Source: Thermoplasmata archaeon (lineage in GTDB: Archaea; Thermoplasmatota; Thermoplasmata; Lutacidiplasmatales; UBA184). Taken from it: a stretch of 35,068 nucleotides of DNA. Positions 17,637-26,984 of this stretch are shown piece after piece (the first letter of the stretch is position 1; each line of letters starts with the position of its first letter). The notes under the pieces were generated by a model. It was not told where the DNA came from. It saw only the letters and a list, made by a program, of their open reading frames with translations, and did not search any database. A program made the translations under genes and the position numbers. Location of the stretch: contig JASHUJ010000186.1 in NCBI GenBank assembly GCA_030040035.1, forward strand, positions 1 through 35,068. The letters are read 5' to 3'.

Positions 17637-18308
17637 ATGCCGCGTACCCGCGAGGCCAATCGGGCGATCCAGGATCGGCAACGGGCGAACCTCCTGGCCG
17701 CCGCCGGGCGGCTCTTCCTGCGGGGCGGTCCATTGACCATGGAGAACCTCGCCAAGGAGGCCGGCGTGAGCCAGGGACTCCCGTATCGCTACTTCCGGAG
17801 CAAGGACGAGCTGTTCGACTCGTTCCTGCGCGATCTGCTCCGCGCGGCCCGCACCTCCCCCGCGCCTCGGGACCGGCGAGGCTCCGCCCGCCCTCGGGTG
17901 CGCTTGGAGGGCATGATCGATCGCCTGCTCGAGCGGCGGCGACAGCACCCCGAGTTCTTCCGCTACGTCTTCCGCATGACCGCGGCACCGAACCTGTCGC
18001 CCGAGGTCGGGCACCTGATGGGGCAGACCTACGAACGGCTCCGCTCCACGCTGCGCCGGCTCATCTCGGAGGCGCAGGCCGAAGGCGAGGTGGCCGGGGA
18101 CGATCCCGAGGAGCTCACCGCGGTTCTTCTCGCTCTGGTCGAGGGGATTTCGGGCGCCATCGCCCGCGCGCCGGCGGACGGTCCGGCGCCTCGCGTGCCC
18201 GCCACCGCGACCGTACTACGACTGCCCGGGCCGGCGCCTTCCGCGAAGGCTCCGCGCGCCCGGGTCGCGCGGGGACGGGGATCCCCGCTCGCCCCGAGCG
18301 CTCACTGA
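17637..18308 (+). CDS. TetR/AcrR family transcriptional regulator
   Basis: LLAAAGRLF..TMENLAKEAGVSQGLPYRYFRSKDELF. ATG at 17637 (MPRT) is preferred over 17604, which lies inside the operator. Confidence 0.9.
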   Translation: MPRTREANRAIQDRQRANLLAAAGRLFLRGGPLTMENLAKEAGVSQGLPYRYFRSKDELFDSFLRDLLRAARTSPAPRDRRGSARPRVRLEGMIDRLLERRRQHPEFFRYVFRMTAAPNLSPEVGHLMGQTYERLRSTLRRLISEAQAEGEVAGDDPEELTAVLLALVEGISGAIARAPADGPAPRVPATATVLRLPGPAPSAKAPRARVARGRGSPLAPSAH

Positions 18309-18319
18309 GGAGGGTAGCG

Positions 18320-19267
18320 ATGGCTCCCAGTCTCGAAGCGCGCGGACTCACTCGTCGCTTCGGTTCGTACACGGCGCTCGACCACCTGAACCTCCGGGTG
18401 GACGGGGCGAAGTGCGTGGGTTTCCTCGGCCCGAACGGGGCCGGCAAGACCACGACCCTCAAGATGTTCACGAATTTGATCTTCCCGAGCGAGGGCGAGG
18501 CGTTCCTCAACGGGGTCTCGGTCCAGCGCGACCGCAAGCGCGCGCTCGAGGTCTGCGGTGCGCTCATCGAGACGCCCGAGATCTACGGATCGCTCACCCC
18601 CCGCGAGGCGCTCGAGCTCTCGGGCGCGCTGCGGGGGATGGATGCCCGCGAGATCCGGCTCCGGACCGAGGAGGTCCTCGGTCAGGTCAAGATGACCGAG
18701 TGGGCGGATCAGAAGGTCGGCCGGTTCTCGAAGGGGATGAAGCAACGCGTGAACGTCGCGGCGACGCTGCTGTCCGACCCGGAGGTCGTGCTGCTCGACG
18801 AGCCGAGTACCGGGCTCGATCCCCGCGGTATGGCCGAGGTACGCTCGATCATCCGGAGCCTGAAGGGCGAGGGGCGGCTGATCTTCTTCTCGAGTCACAT
18901 CCTGAGCGAGGTCGTCGACGTTTGCGACGAGGTCGCGTTGCTCGACAAAGGACGGCTCCTCTTCTACGACACGCTCGAGCACGTGAGCGCGAACCTCGCC
19001 GGGGGGACGGTGAGCGTCGACGCGGTGTTTCTCGCGCCGCTCAGCGAGACCGACGTGCGCGATCACGTCGCCACGCTCCCGGGGGTCACCTCCTGCGTCC
19101 GGCTCGACGAGCGGCGGTTCACGATCGCGATCCAAGGCGGTCCGGAGGGCCGCGCACGGGTGCTTCGGTCCCTGAGCGACCGACCCGGGGGACTCGTCAG
19201 CTTCCACGAGTCCCGGAGCGCCCTCGAGGACGTCTACCTGCGCGAGATCCAAGCGGGGGACTCGTGA
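18320..19267 (+). CDS. ABC-2 type exporter ATP-binding protein
   Basis: GPNGAGKTT, FSKGMKQR, LLDEPSTGLDP and SSH motifs; RBS-like GAGGAGG before ATG at 18320. Confidence 0.93.
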   Translation: MAPSLEARGLTRRFGSYTALDHLNLRVDGAKCVGFLGPNGAGKTTTLKMFTNLIFPSEGEAFLNGVSVQRDRKRALEVCGALIETPEIYGSLTPREALELSGALRGMDAREIRLRTEEVLGQVKMTEWADQKVGRFSKGMKQRVNVAATLLSDPEVVLLDEPSTGLDPRGMAEVRSIIRSLKGEGRLIFFSSHILSEVVDVCDEVALLDKGRLLFYDTLEHVSANLAGGTVSVDAVFLAPLSETDVRDHVATLPGVTSCVRLDERRFTIAIQGGPEGRARVLRSLSDRPGGLVSFHESRSALEDVYLREIQAGDS

Positions 19268-20124
19268 GCGCAGCGGCGCCGGACGCGTCGGCCCGCTCGG
19301 GACCTCCGAGCACCCTCGGCTCGGTCCCGGGCTCGTGGATGCAGGCGATCCTCATGTCGCGTTACCAGTTCCGGGACTTCCTGCGGTCCCGTCGGTTCCT
19401 GCTCATGGTCGGGATCGTCGGGGCGATCGGGTCCATCCTCCTCTCGCTCGTCGGGTACTACCGGCCGGCGACGTTGCTCGCGAATTCGAACACGTTCTAC
19501 GCGAACCTCTGGGTCGGGGGCGCCGAGCTCCTGATCATCTTCGCCGGCATCATCTTCGGCGGCGACGCGATCGCCGGAGAGTTCCAGAACAAGACCGGTT
19601 ACTACCTCATGAGCCACCCGATCAAGCGCTGGAGCGTCTACGCGGGGAAGTTCCTCGCGTCGTACGCCGCCGCGCTCGTGACGATCTCGGCCTACTTCCT
19701 GATCCTGGTCGGCGCCGGCGGCTACTTCTTCGGGACGGGGGCGCTGACGGCCGGTCTCTTGGGATCGTACGGCCTCGCGATCCTGTACCTCGGCGGCCTC
19801 CTCGGCGTGACGTTCCTCTTCAGTGCCCTCTTCAAGACGAGCCTCTACGGCGTCATCATCGTCGCGGTCATGTTCCTCTTCGGGTTCTCGATCATCAACG
19901 CGCTCTTCGAGGGCCTCGTGGGCCTCCAGCCTTGGTTCATCATCACCTGGGCCAACGAGGCGATCTCCTATCCGCTCACCGGCGCCCCGCACACCGCCGG
20001 GCTGCTCGTGCCCAAGGCGTACGTACCGCCGACGCTCGCACAGGGCATCGCCGTGATGGCCGGCTACCTCGTCTTCACCACGCTCGGCGGGCTCTGGCTC
20101 TTCGAGCGGGAAGAGTTCACCTAG
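19264..20124 (+). CDS. ABC-2 type exporter permease
   Basis: GTGA overlap with the ATPase gene, about 6 TM segments, DAIAGEFQNKTG..HPIKR..GKF motif and C-terminal FEREE. Confidence 0.9.
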   Translation: MSAAAPDASARSGPPSTLGSVPGSWMQAILMSRYQFRDFLRSRRFLLMVGIVGAIGSILLSLVGYYRPATLLANSNTFYANLWVGGAELLIIFAGIIFGGDAIAGEFQNKTGYYLMSHPIKRWSVYAGKFLASYAAALVTISAYFLILVGAGGYFFGTGALTAGLLGSYGLAILYLGGLLGVTFLFSALFKTSLYGVIIVAVMFLFGFSIINALFEGLVGLQPWFIITWANEAISYPLTGAPHTAGLLVPKAYVPPTLAQGIAVMAGYLVFTTLGGLWLFEREEFT

Positions 20125-20269
20125 ATCCCCGGGAGCGGGACGACGCGTCCGCCTGTGCCGCTCTTGGTCTCGGGCGGGGAGGGTTCCGTCACCGAAGCCC
20201 CGGACGGGCGGCGTCGCGCCGAAGCCCTTTTGACGCCGGAATCCCCCCGCGCACGGAGAGGCGGCGGCA

Positions 20270-20986
20270 ATGGACGCGAAAGTGAACGTGGTCTTGGTGC
20301 ACGGCGCGTGGGCGGACGGATCGTCCTGGGCGAGGGTGATCCCCCTCCTGCAGACGAAAGGGTTCAACGTCGTGGCGGCGCAACTGCCGCTCACCTCGAT
20401 CGAGGACGACGTCGCCGCGACGCGCAAGCTCCTCGCCACCCAGAGCGGTCCGGTCGTGCTCGTCGGCCACTCCTACGGCGGCGTGGTGATCACGAATGCG
20501 GCGAACGGAGTACCGAACGTGAAGGCCCTCGTCTACATCGCCGCGTTCGGGCTGGACGAGGGAGAGAGCATCGAGGCGCTGGGGAAGCAGGGACCCGCGC
20601 CGGCGGGAGCGGCCGCGGTCCGCCCGGACCCGAACGGCTTCCTCTGGATCGATCGCGCGGGCTTCGCGAAGGCGTTCGCCGCGGACGTGGACCCGGCGCA
20701 AGCGAGCGTGATGGCGGCCGTCCAGGGTCCGCTCAGCCTCCGATCGTTCGCGGGTCGGAGCGGAGCCCCGGCGTGGAAGCACCTGCCGTCCTGGTACCTC
20801 GTCGCGACCAACGATCAGATGATCCCGCCCGAGGCCGAGCAGTTCATGGGGCAGCGCATGGGGGCGACGGTGCGTAGCGTCCCCTCCAGCCACGCGGCCA
20901 TGGTGTCCCATCCCCGAGAGGTCGCGGACCTCGTTTCGGAGGCCGCGGATTCTCTCCGAGGATCCGCGAAGTCCCCGTCCGGCTAG
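20270..20986 (+). CDS. Alpha/beta fold hydrolase (esterase-like)
   Basis: VLVHGAWADG, nucleophile elbow GHSYGG, and candidate triad residues in DQMIP and SSH. Confidence 0.92.
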   Translation: MDAKVNVVLVHGAWADGSSWARVIPLLQTKGFNVVAAQLPLTSIEDDVAATRKLLATQSGPVVLVGHSYGGVVITNAANGVPNVKALVYIAAFGLDEGESIEALGKQGPAPAGAAAVRPDPNGFLWIDRAGFAKAFAADVDPAQASVMAAVQGPLSLRSFAGRSGAPAWKHLPSWYLVATNDQMIPPEAEQFMGQRMGATVRSVPSSHAAMVSHPREVADLVSEAADSLRGSAKSPSG

Positions 20987-21239
20987 CCGCGGCGATCCGG
21001 CGGGGCCCCCGTCGGGAGGGATCCGGGGCCGGCGCCCCCGTCACCGAGCCGGTTTCGCTCGGGGGTTTGCGCCCCGTCCCGGGCACCGCTCGACCGCGTT
21101 CGGACACCGGTTCGGCTCGGTCGCCGTCAGTCGTCCTCGCGCAACTTCCGCTCTACGCAAATGTTTATTTACGAACTCCCAAAATCGTCCTCTTCGGAGC
21201 GTATGACGCTCGTCTGACAAACAGAACGAGGAACCACCG

Positions 21240-22373
21240 ATGAAGTCCATCATCCAGGAAGCGATCGCGAAGCATCAGGAGAACCAGTCCTTGGTCGAAG
21301 AGAAGAAGCCCGCGGCGCCGGCCTACGCGAGCTCCGACGATGCCGAGCTGGCAAAGCTGGCGGAGACGCTCCGGGTCAACATCCGGATCGTCGGATGCGG
21401 CGGCGGTGGATCGAACACGATCAACCGGTGCGTCGAGGAAGGGATCCAGGGCGCCGAGATGTGCGCCATCAACACCGACGCGAAACACCTCCTGACCATC
21501 CACTCGCCCCGCAAGATCCTCATCGGCCGCCGGGCCACGAAGGGCCTCGGCGCCGGCGCCCGCCCCGAGATCGGGGAGGAGGCTGCGCGCGAGAACGAGG
21601 AAGAGCTGCGCCAGTTCGTCAACGGCGCGCACATCGTCTTCGTCACGGCCGGCATGGGCGGCGGGACCGGAACCGGTTCCGCGCACCTCGTCGCCCGGAT
21701 CGCGAAGGAGGCCGGCGCGCTCACGATGGGCGTCGTCACCCTCCCGTTCTCCGGCGAGGGCGCCGCCCGCATGGAGCAGGCCCGCGACGGGCTCGAGCGC
21801 CTGCGCCGCGTCTGCGACACGACGATCGTGATCCAGAACGACAAGCTCCTCGAGCTCGTGCCCCGCATGCCGCTCGATTCGGCGTTCAAGCTCGCGGACG
21901 CGGTCCTCATGACCGCGATCAAGGGCATCACGGAGATCGTGACCAAGCCCGGGCTCGTCAACCTCGACTACGCCGACATCCTGACGGTCATGAAGGACGG
22001 CGGGGTCGCGCTGATCGGCCTCGGCGAGAGCGAGAGCGCGACGGACCGGGTGACCGAGGCGGTCACCGAGGCCCTCACGTCGCCGCTCCTCGGCTCGGTC
22101 GAGCTGAAGGACGCGACCGGTGCGCTCGTCCGCGTGATCGGCGGCCCGACCATGACGGTCAGCGAGGCCGAGAAGGCGGCCGCGCTCGTCGGCGGGAAGA
22201 TCTCGAAGCGCGCCCGGATCATCTGGGGCTGCTCCGTCGAGAACTCCCCCGAGCTCGAGAACACCATCAAGGTGCTGCTCATCATCACCGGCGTCCGGGC
22301 CCAGAGCCTCCTCGGGCAGAAGGGAGGGTACGCCAGCGGTGAGTCCGAGGAAGTCATCGACCTCGTCCGGTAG
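21240..22373 (+). CDS. ftsZ: Cell division GTPase FtsZ
   Basis: GCGGGGSN, AINTDA, GLGAG, GMGGGTGTG, NDKL and LVNLDYAD motifs. Confidence 0.98.
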   Translation: MKSIIQEAIAKHQENQSLVEEKKPAAPAYASSDDAELAKLAETLRVNIRIVGCGGGGSNTINRCVEEGIQGAEMCAINTDAKHLLTIHSPRKILIGRRATKGLGAGARPEIGEEAARENEEELRQFVNGAHIVFVTAGMGGGTGTGSAHLVARIAKEAGALTMGVVTLPFSGEGAARMEQARDGLERLRRVCDTTIVIQNDKLLELVPRMPLDSAFKLADAVLMTAIKGITEIVTKPGLVNLDYADILTVMKDGGVALIGLGESESATDRVTEAVTEALTSPLLGSVELKDATGALVRVIGGPTMTVSEAEKAAALVGGKISKRARIIWGCSVENSPELENTIKVLLIITGVRAQSLLGQKGGYASGESEEVIDLVR

Positions 22374-22710
22374 GCCGTCCCGTCAGGACCGACCCCGCTA
22401 CCTCGGCATCGAGGTGGCGGGGGAACACCTTCCCCCGAGCTCGCCCCGCGACTGGGAGGAGCTCCTCGCGCTCCGGCTCCATCGGCCGGGCGAGACCGCG
22501 CCGCCGTTCCGGGTCGTCCGCTCGGACGGTCGGCGCGCGATCGTGGCGATCGGTCACCGGGCGCTCGAGCGGGGGCGCGCGGCGTGGAACGGGCCCGCCC
22601 CGGTCCCCGGTGCCCCCGCGCTCGCGACCCGACGGACGTGGGGCACGCTCGTCGGCGCGAAGGCGTGGATGCGGGATCGTTCGGCATCGGCGGTCGAGCG
22701 CTCGAGCTAG
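22339..22710 (+). CDS. Divergent Rpp14/Pop5-family RNase P protein subunit
   Basis: N-terminal RPRYLGIEV (cf. RxRYixF) and C-terminal TRRTWGTLVGAK (cf. T.gtSGTi.kak), about 120 aa. Start is uncertain. Confidence 0.6.
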   Translation: MSPRKSSTSSGRPSRQDRPRYLGIEVAGEHLPPSSPRDWEELLALRLHRPGETAPPFRVVRSDGRRAIVAIGHRALERGRAAWNGPAPVPGAPALATRRTWGTLVGAKAWMRDRSASAVERSS

Positions 22711-22738
22711 GAACTCGATCGAGCACCCGAAGCCGGGC

Positions 22739-23728
22739 CTACGCCACCGTGACCGAGAAGAACGCCTGGGTGACCGTGAGGGAGGTCACGGGGATCGTCA
22801 TCGTCACCTTGCCGTTCCCGTGGCCCGGCTGGTACGCGTACGACGAGGAACAGACGTTGGACGCGAGCGCCGTACACGTGATCGTCGCGCTCGCGAACGA
22901 CGTCTGGCTCTCGAAGTAGTTCACCCAGGCGATCGCGTAGGGGCTGTAGATCGTGAGCACCACGTTCGCGCTCAGCGCGAAGCCCGTGACGGGCAGCGTC
23001 ACGGACTGGATCGCCGTCAGGCGGAGCGCGACCTCCGCGGTCGCCGTCCCCGACTCCGAGCTCAGGGCGTTGGTGAAGACCGGCTCGACGATCGCGAGCG
23101 TCGTGCCGGAGAGCGTGATGGCGGGCGGATCCTCCATGATCGGTACCCCGCCCGGCTCCGCGAAGATCACCGCCCCCTCGTCGTACGCGACCTCGGCGGA
23201 CGACGAGTAGGTGTTGCGCAGCTCCACGACGAACCCGGCCCCGGGGACGGCGGCCGCGCTGAGCGACTGGGTGCCGGCGGAGGAGGTCGCCGAGTAGTTG
23301 GCGTAGAGCGCGTAGAACCCGGCCGTATAGTTGTGGGACGGCTGGGGGACGAGGAGGGACGAATCGGGGCCCGCGAACGGCGGAGCACCCTCCGAGCCGA
23401 GACTAACCGGGAAGGTCGCCTGGCCCCCGACCGCGTCCGCGCTCGCGATCTGCGTCGCGACCGCGGCGAGCTGCGAGACCTGGTTCTGGACGAGAGTGTC
23501 GTGGTTGAGGTCGTTGATCGCCATCTGGTTCGGGAGCGTCGTCGTGAGGTAGCTCGCGATGAACGTGACGACGAGGAGGAGCCCGAGCACGGTCGCCACC
23601 GGGGCGACCTGGCCCCGGTGGCCGAGGCGCCGCCAGCGTCGGGCGCGGGACCGTCGTCCGGGCCGGGCCCACGTCGTCAAGATCGGGTCTCCGCACGCGA
23701 GCGCGGGCGACCGGGAGCGAGATCGCAT
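22739..23728 (-). CDS. Secreted/surface protein with class III (type IV pilin-like) signal peptide
   Basis: Basic RRLGHRG followed by QVAPVATVLGLLLVVTFIASYL and a Ser/Thr-rich beta-rich body. Start is uncertain. Confidence 0.7.
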   Translation of the reverse strand: MRSRSRSPALACGDPILTTWARPGRRSRARRWRRLGHRGQVAPVATVLGLLLVVTFIASYLTTTLPNQMAINDLNHDTLVQNQVSQLAAVATQIASADAVGGQATFPVSLGSEGAPPFAGPDSSLLVPQPSHNYTAGFYALYANYSATSSAGTQSLSAAAVPGAGFVVELRNTYSSSAEVAYDEGAVIFAEPGGVPIMEDPPAITLSGTTLAIVEPVFTNALSSESGTATAEVALRLTAIQSVTLPVTGFALSANVVLTIYSPYAIAWVNYFESQTSFASATITCTALASNVCSSSYAYQPGHGNGKVTMTIPVTSLTVTQAFFSVTVA

Positions 23729-23856
23729 GGAGAGGTTCGGGAGAGTATCTAGCCGGGGTCGTCCTATTAATTACTGCCGTAGAGGCACCCCGGCGGCCGC
23801 GCCGGGCCTCCGCGCATCTTATCTCTCTCCCATCCTGCCTCTCGAGGGTAAGGACG

Positions 23857-25425
23857 GTGTCGTCCAGCGAAGGTCCGGCGATCCGGATCGGGCGCGCGCT
23901 CGTCTCGGTCGATGATAAGTCGGGACTTTCCGATTTCGCGCGCGGGCTCGCGGAGCTGGGCGTCGAGCTCTGGGCGACGACCGGCACCCGGACGGCGCTC
24001 GCCGCCGACCGCGTCGCGGTGCGGCCGGCCGAGGAGCTGACCGGCCTCGCCTCCTGGTTCGGAGGACGGATCAAGACGCTGCACCCGGGGATCCTGGGCG
24101 GGATCCTCGCGCCCCGCACCGACGCCGGCCGGCGGGAGCTCGCCGAGCACGGCCTGCTGCCGTTCGACCTCGTCGTCGTCAACTTCTATCCGTTCGAGCG
24201 CCATCTCGCCGAGCACCCCGACGCTCGGGACCGGGAGGAGTACATCGACATCGGCGGGGTGACGCTCGCGCGCGCGGCTGCGAAGAACCACGCGTGGGTG
24301 ACGGTGGTGACCGACCCGGCCGAGTACGCGCCCGTCCTCGCGGAGCTCCGCGCGAGCGGCGGCGCGATCTCCGCCGCGACCCGGGCCCGGCTCGCGGTGC
24401 GCGCGTTCGAGCGCGCGACCGATTACGACGCGGCGATCGCCCGGGGCCTCGCGCCTCCCGCCCCGAGCCCGGGGGGGTTCCCGGAGGAGCTCGTCCTCCG
24501 TCGCGAATCCCTCGCGCTGCGCTACGGGGAGAACCCGCACCAGCCGGCCGCGACGTACGCGCTCGCGAGCCCCCCCGGCGGCGGCCTCGCGCCCGCGCCG
24601 TTCACCGTCCTGAAGGGAGCGTCCCTCTCGTACACGAACCTCCTCGACCTCGACACGGCGCGCGCGATCGCGGCGGAGTTCCCGCTCCCGAGCGCGGCCG
24701 TCGTCAAGCACGCGACCCCCTGCGGGGTCGCCTCGGCCCCGACCCTGCGGGAAGCGCTCGAGCGCGCCATCGCGACCGACCCCGTGGCGCGGTACGGTTG
24801 CGCGATCGCGGTCAACCGCCCGCTCGGCCCGGACGACCCGGCCGCGTTGAAGGGCGTGTTCGTCGACCTCCTCGCCGCGCCGGGGGTCGACGCGGCGGCG
24901 GCGGCCGCGCTCGCGCACCGCACGAAGCTGAAGCTCGTCCGCGTCGACCCCGCGCCCGTCGGGGGGGCCAGCTGGGAGGCGAAGACCGCGCTCGGTCGGG
25001 TGCTCCTCCAGGAGACCGACCGCCGGGAGCTCCTCGCGAGCGACTTCCGGCTCGTCGCCGGTACCGAAGCGACCGGCGAGGAACGGTGCGCGCTCGACTT
25101 CGCCTGGCGGGTCGTACGGCACGCGAAATCGAACGCGATCGTGCTCGCGCGCGGACCCCAGACCGTCGGGATCGGCTCGGGCCAGCCGACGCGGGTGAAG
25201 GCGGTCGAGCTCGCGATCGAGGTCGCCGGCGAGCGCGCGCGCGGATCGGTCCTCGCCTCCGATGCGTTCTTCCCGTTCGCCGACGGGGTCGAAGCCGCCG
25301 GGCGTGCCGGGGTGCGGGCGATCCTCCAACCGGGGGGGAGCGTCCGGGACCCCGAAGTGATCGCGGCCGCCGAACGGGCCGGGATCGCGATGTACTTCAC
25401 CGGCTGGCGGGTCTTCCGCCACTAG
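23857..25425 (+). CDS. purH: Bifunctional AICAR transformylase / IMP cyclohydrolase
   Basis: ALVSVDDK, GRIKTLHP, IDIGG, LRYGENPHQ, KHATPCG, KSNAI, ASDAFFPF, QPGGS and RVFRH. Confidence 0.96.
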   Translation: MSSSEGPAIRIGRALVSVDDKSGLSDFARGLAELGVELWATTGTRTALAADRVAVRPAEELTGLASWFGGRIKTLHPGILGGILAPRTDAGRRELAEHGLLPFDLVVVNFYPFERHLAEHPDARDREEYIDIGGVTLARAAAKNHAWVTVVTDPAEYAPVLAELRASGGAISAATRARLAVRAFERATDYDAAIARGLAPPAPSPGGFPEELVLRRESLALRYGENPHQPAATYALASPPGGGLAPAPFTVLKGASLSYTNLLDLDTARAIAAEFPLPSAAVVKHATPCGVASAPTLREALERAIATDPVARYGCAIAVNRPLGPDDPAALKGVFVDLLAAPGVDAAAAAALAHRTKLKLVRVDPAPVGGASWEAKTALGRVLLQETDRRELLASDFRLVAGTEATGEERCALDFAWRVVRHAKSNAIVLARGPQTVGIGSGQPTRVKAVELAIEVAGERARGSVLASDAFFPFADGVEAAGRAGVRAILQPGGSVRDPEVIAAAERAGIAMYFTGWRVFRH

Positions 25426-25774
25426 GCGACGAGCGGGCGGTCGGGAAGAGCCGTCGCAGGATCGTGCGGAACTCGACGGACCCGATCGGGCCCACCTCGC
25501 GACCCTTCTCCTGGCCCGCCTCGAGGAACAGGAACGTCGGGATCGAGTGGATCCCGTACGACCGGGCGACGCCGACGGCCTCGTCGACGTTGATCTTCGT
25601 GAACTTCACGCGCCCGGCCATCCGGGCGCTCAGGTCCCGGATCACCGGCTCGGTGACCCGGCACGGCGCGCACCAGTCGGCGTAGAAGTCGACCACGACG
25701 GGGAGCGGAGAGCGGACGACCTCGGCGTCGAACGTTGCGTCCGTCACGTGGATCGGCAACGCCCGGCTCGGCAC
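25397..25774 (-). CDS. trxA: Thioredoxin
   Basis: VVVDFYADWCAPCR, KINVDE and SIPT. Confidence 0.92.
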   Translation of the reverse strand: MPSRALPIHVTDATFDAEVVRSPLPVVVDFYADWCAPCRVTEPVIRDLSARMAGRVKFTKINVDEAVGVARSYGIHSIPTFLFLEAGQEKGREVGPIGSVEFRTILRRLFPTARSSPSGGRPASR

Positions 25775-25844
25775 GGTCGTACTCCCGGCGCGCTTCGAAC
25801 TCCCGGCTCGCTTTAAGGATGTGGCTCGTGTCGGCGCATCTTCC

Positions 25845-26984
25845 GTGCCGGCGCGCCCGCGCTCCCCCCGGACGATCGCCCCGGCCGCGCGGGCCTCGGC
25901 GCTGCTCGTCTGGTTCGCCCAGCACCGTCGTCCGCTCCCCTGGCGCCGGCGTCCGACGCCGTACCGGACCTGGATCGCCGAGGTCCTCCTGCAGCAGACG
26001 CGGGTCGCGCAGGCGGCCCCCTACTTCGAGCGCTTCGTGGGCGAGTTCCCGACCGTCCGGGCGCTCGCCGACGCGCCGCTCGAGCGGGTCCTCAAGGTCT
26101 GGCAGGGAGCGGGCTACTACGCACGCGCCCGGAACCTCTCGGCGGCCGCCCGCCTCCTCGCGCGGGAGCGGAACGGGGAGCTCCCCTCCACCGTGGCCGG
26201 GCTCGAGGAGCTTCCGGGGGTGGGGCCGTACATCGCCCGGGCGATCGCCGCGATCGCGTTCGGCGTCCCGACGGTCGCCCTGGAGGCGAACGGTCTACGG
26301 GTCGGGGCCCGGTGGATCCGCGCCTCGGGCGACGTCCGGCGCGGACCCGTCCGACGGCGGATCGAGGCGGCCCTGGCGACCGCCCTCGGAACGAATCCGC
26401 CCGGCCCGTTCAACGAGGCGGTGATGGAGCTCGGCGAAACGATCTGTCGGCCGGTCGCCCCGCAGTGTGAGCGGTGTCCGGTGGCGTTCGGGTGCCGGGC
26501 CTACCTCGAGCTCGACGACCCCGGGAGCGTTCCGATCGCCCGACGCGCGCCCCGACGCCCCCGCGTCCGGGCCGCGGTGGTGGCGCTCGCGGACCGACGG
26601 GGCCGCTGGTTCGTGCAACGTCGACCGCCCCGGGGACTGCTCGGCGGGCTCTGGGAATTCCCGGGCGGGAAGATCCGCCCCGGAGAGACCGCCGCTCACG
26701 CCGCGGCCCGGGAGCTCTTCGAGGAGACGGGCGTCCGATCCGCCGCGCTCGAGTACGTGGGGCGGATCCGCCACGCCTACAGCCACTTCTCGGTCGATCT
26801 CCACCTCTACCGAGCCTCCGCCCGGGCGCGGCCCGCCGCCGCCCCGGACCGACGATGGGTCACCGCGGCCGGACTGCGGCGTCTCGCGCTGCCGAAGGCG
26901 ACCGAGAAGGCGCTCGCGCTGCTCGAGCGTCGGGATAGAGCTTCCCGGGATTCAGGATCCCGTCGGGGTCGCACTGGCGTTTGA
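25845..26984 (+). CDS. mutY: A/G-specific adenine glycosylase with C-terminal Nudix domain
   Basis: RPLPWR, AEVLLQQT, GYYARARNL, HhH LPGVGPY, 4Fe-4S CRPVAPQCERCPVAFGC, GLLGGLWEFPG and HAYSHF. GTG at 25845 fits the TATA spacing better than 25821. Confidence 0.9.
   Translation: MPARPRSPRTIAPAARASALLVWFAQHRRPLPWRRRPTPYRTWIAEVLLQQTRVAQAAPYFERFVGEFPTVRALADAPLERVLKVWQGAGYYARARNLSAAARLLARERNGELPSTVAGLEELPGVGPYIARAIAAIAFGVPTVALEANGLRVGARWIRASGDVRRGPVRRRIEAALATALGTNPPGPFNEAVMELGETICRPVAPQCERCPVAFGCRAYLELDDPGSVPIARRAPRRPRVRAAVVALADRRGRWFVQRRPPRGLLGGLWEFPGGKIRPGETAAHAAARELFEETGVRSAALEYVGRIRHAYSHFSVDLHLYRASARARPAAAPDRRWVTAAGLRRLALPKATEKALALLERRDRASRDSGSRRGRTGV

Noticed and set aside
20987-21160. Possible ncRNA (ACCGAGCCG/CGGCTCGGT pairing, repeated GCCCCGTC) between the hydrolase gene and ftsZ
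   Set aside because: No SRP, RNase P, tRNA or C/D-box hallmarks; the pairing is explainable by high GC content.
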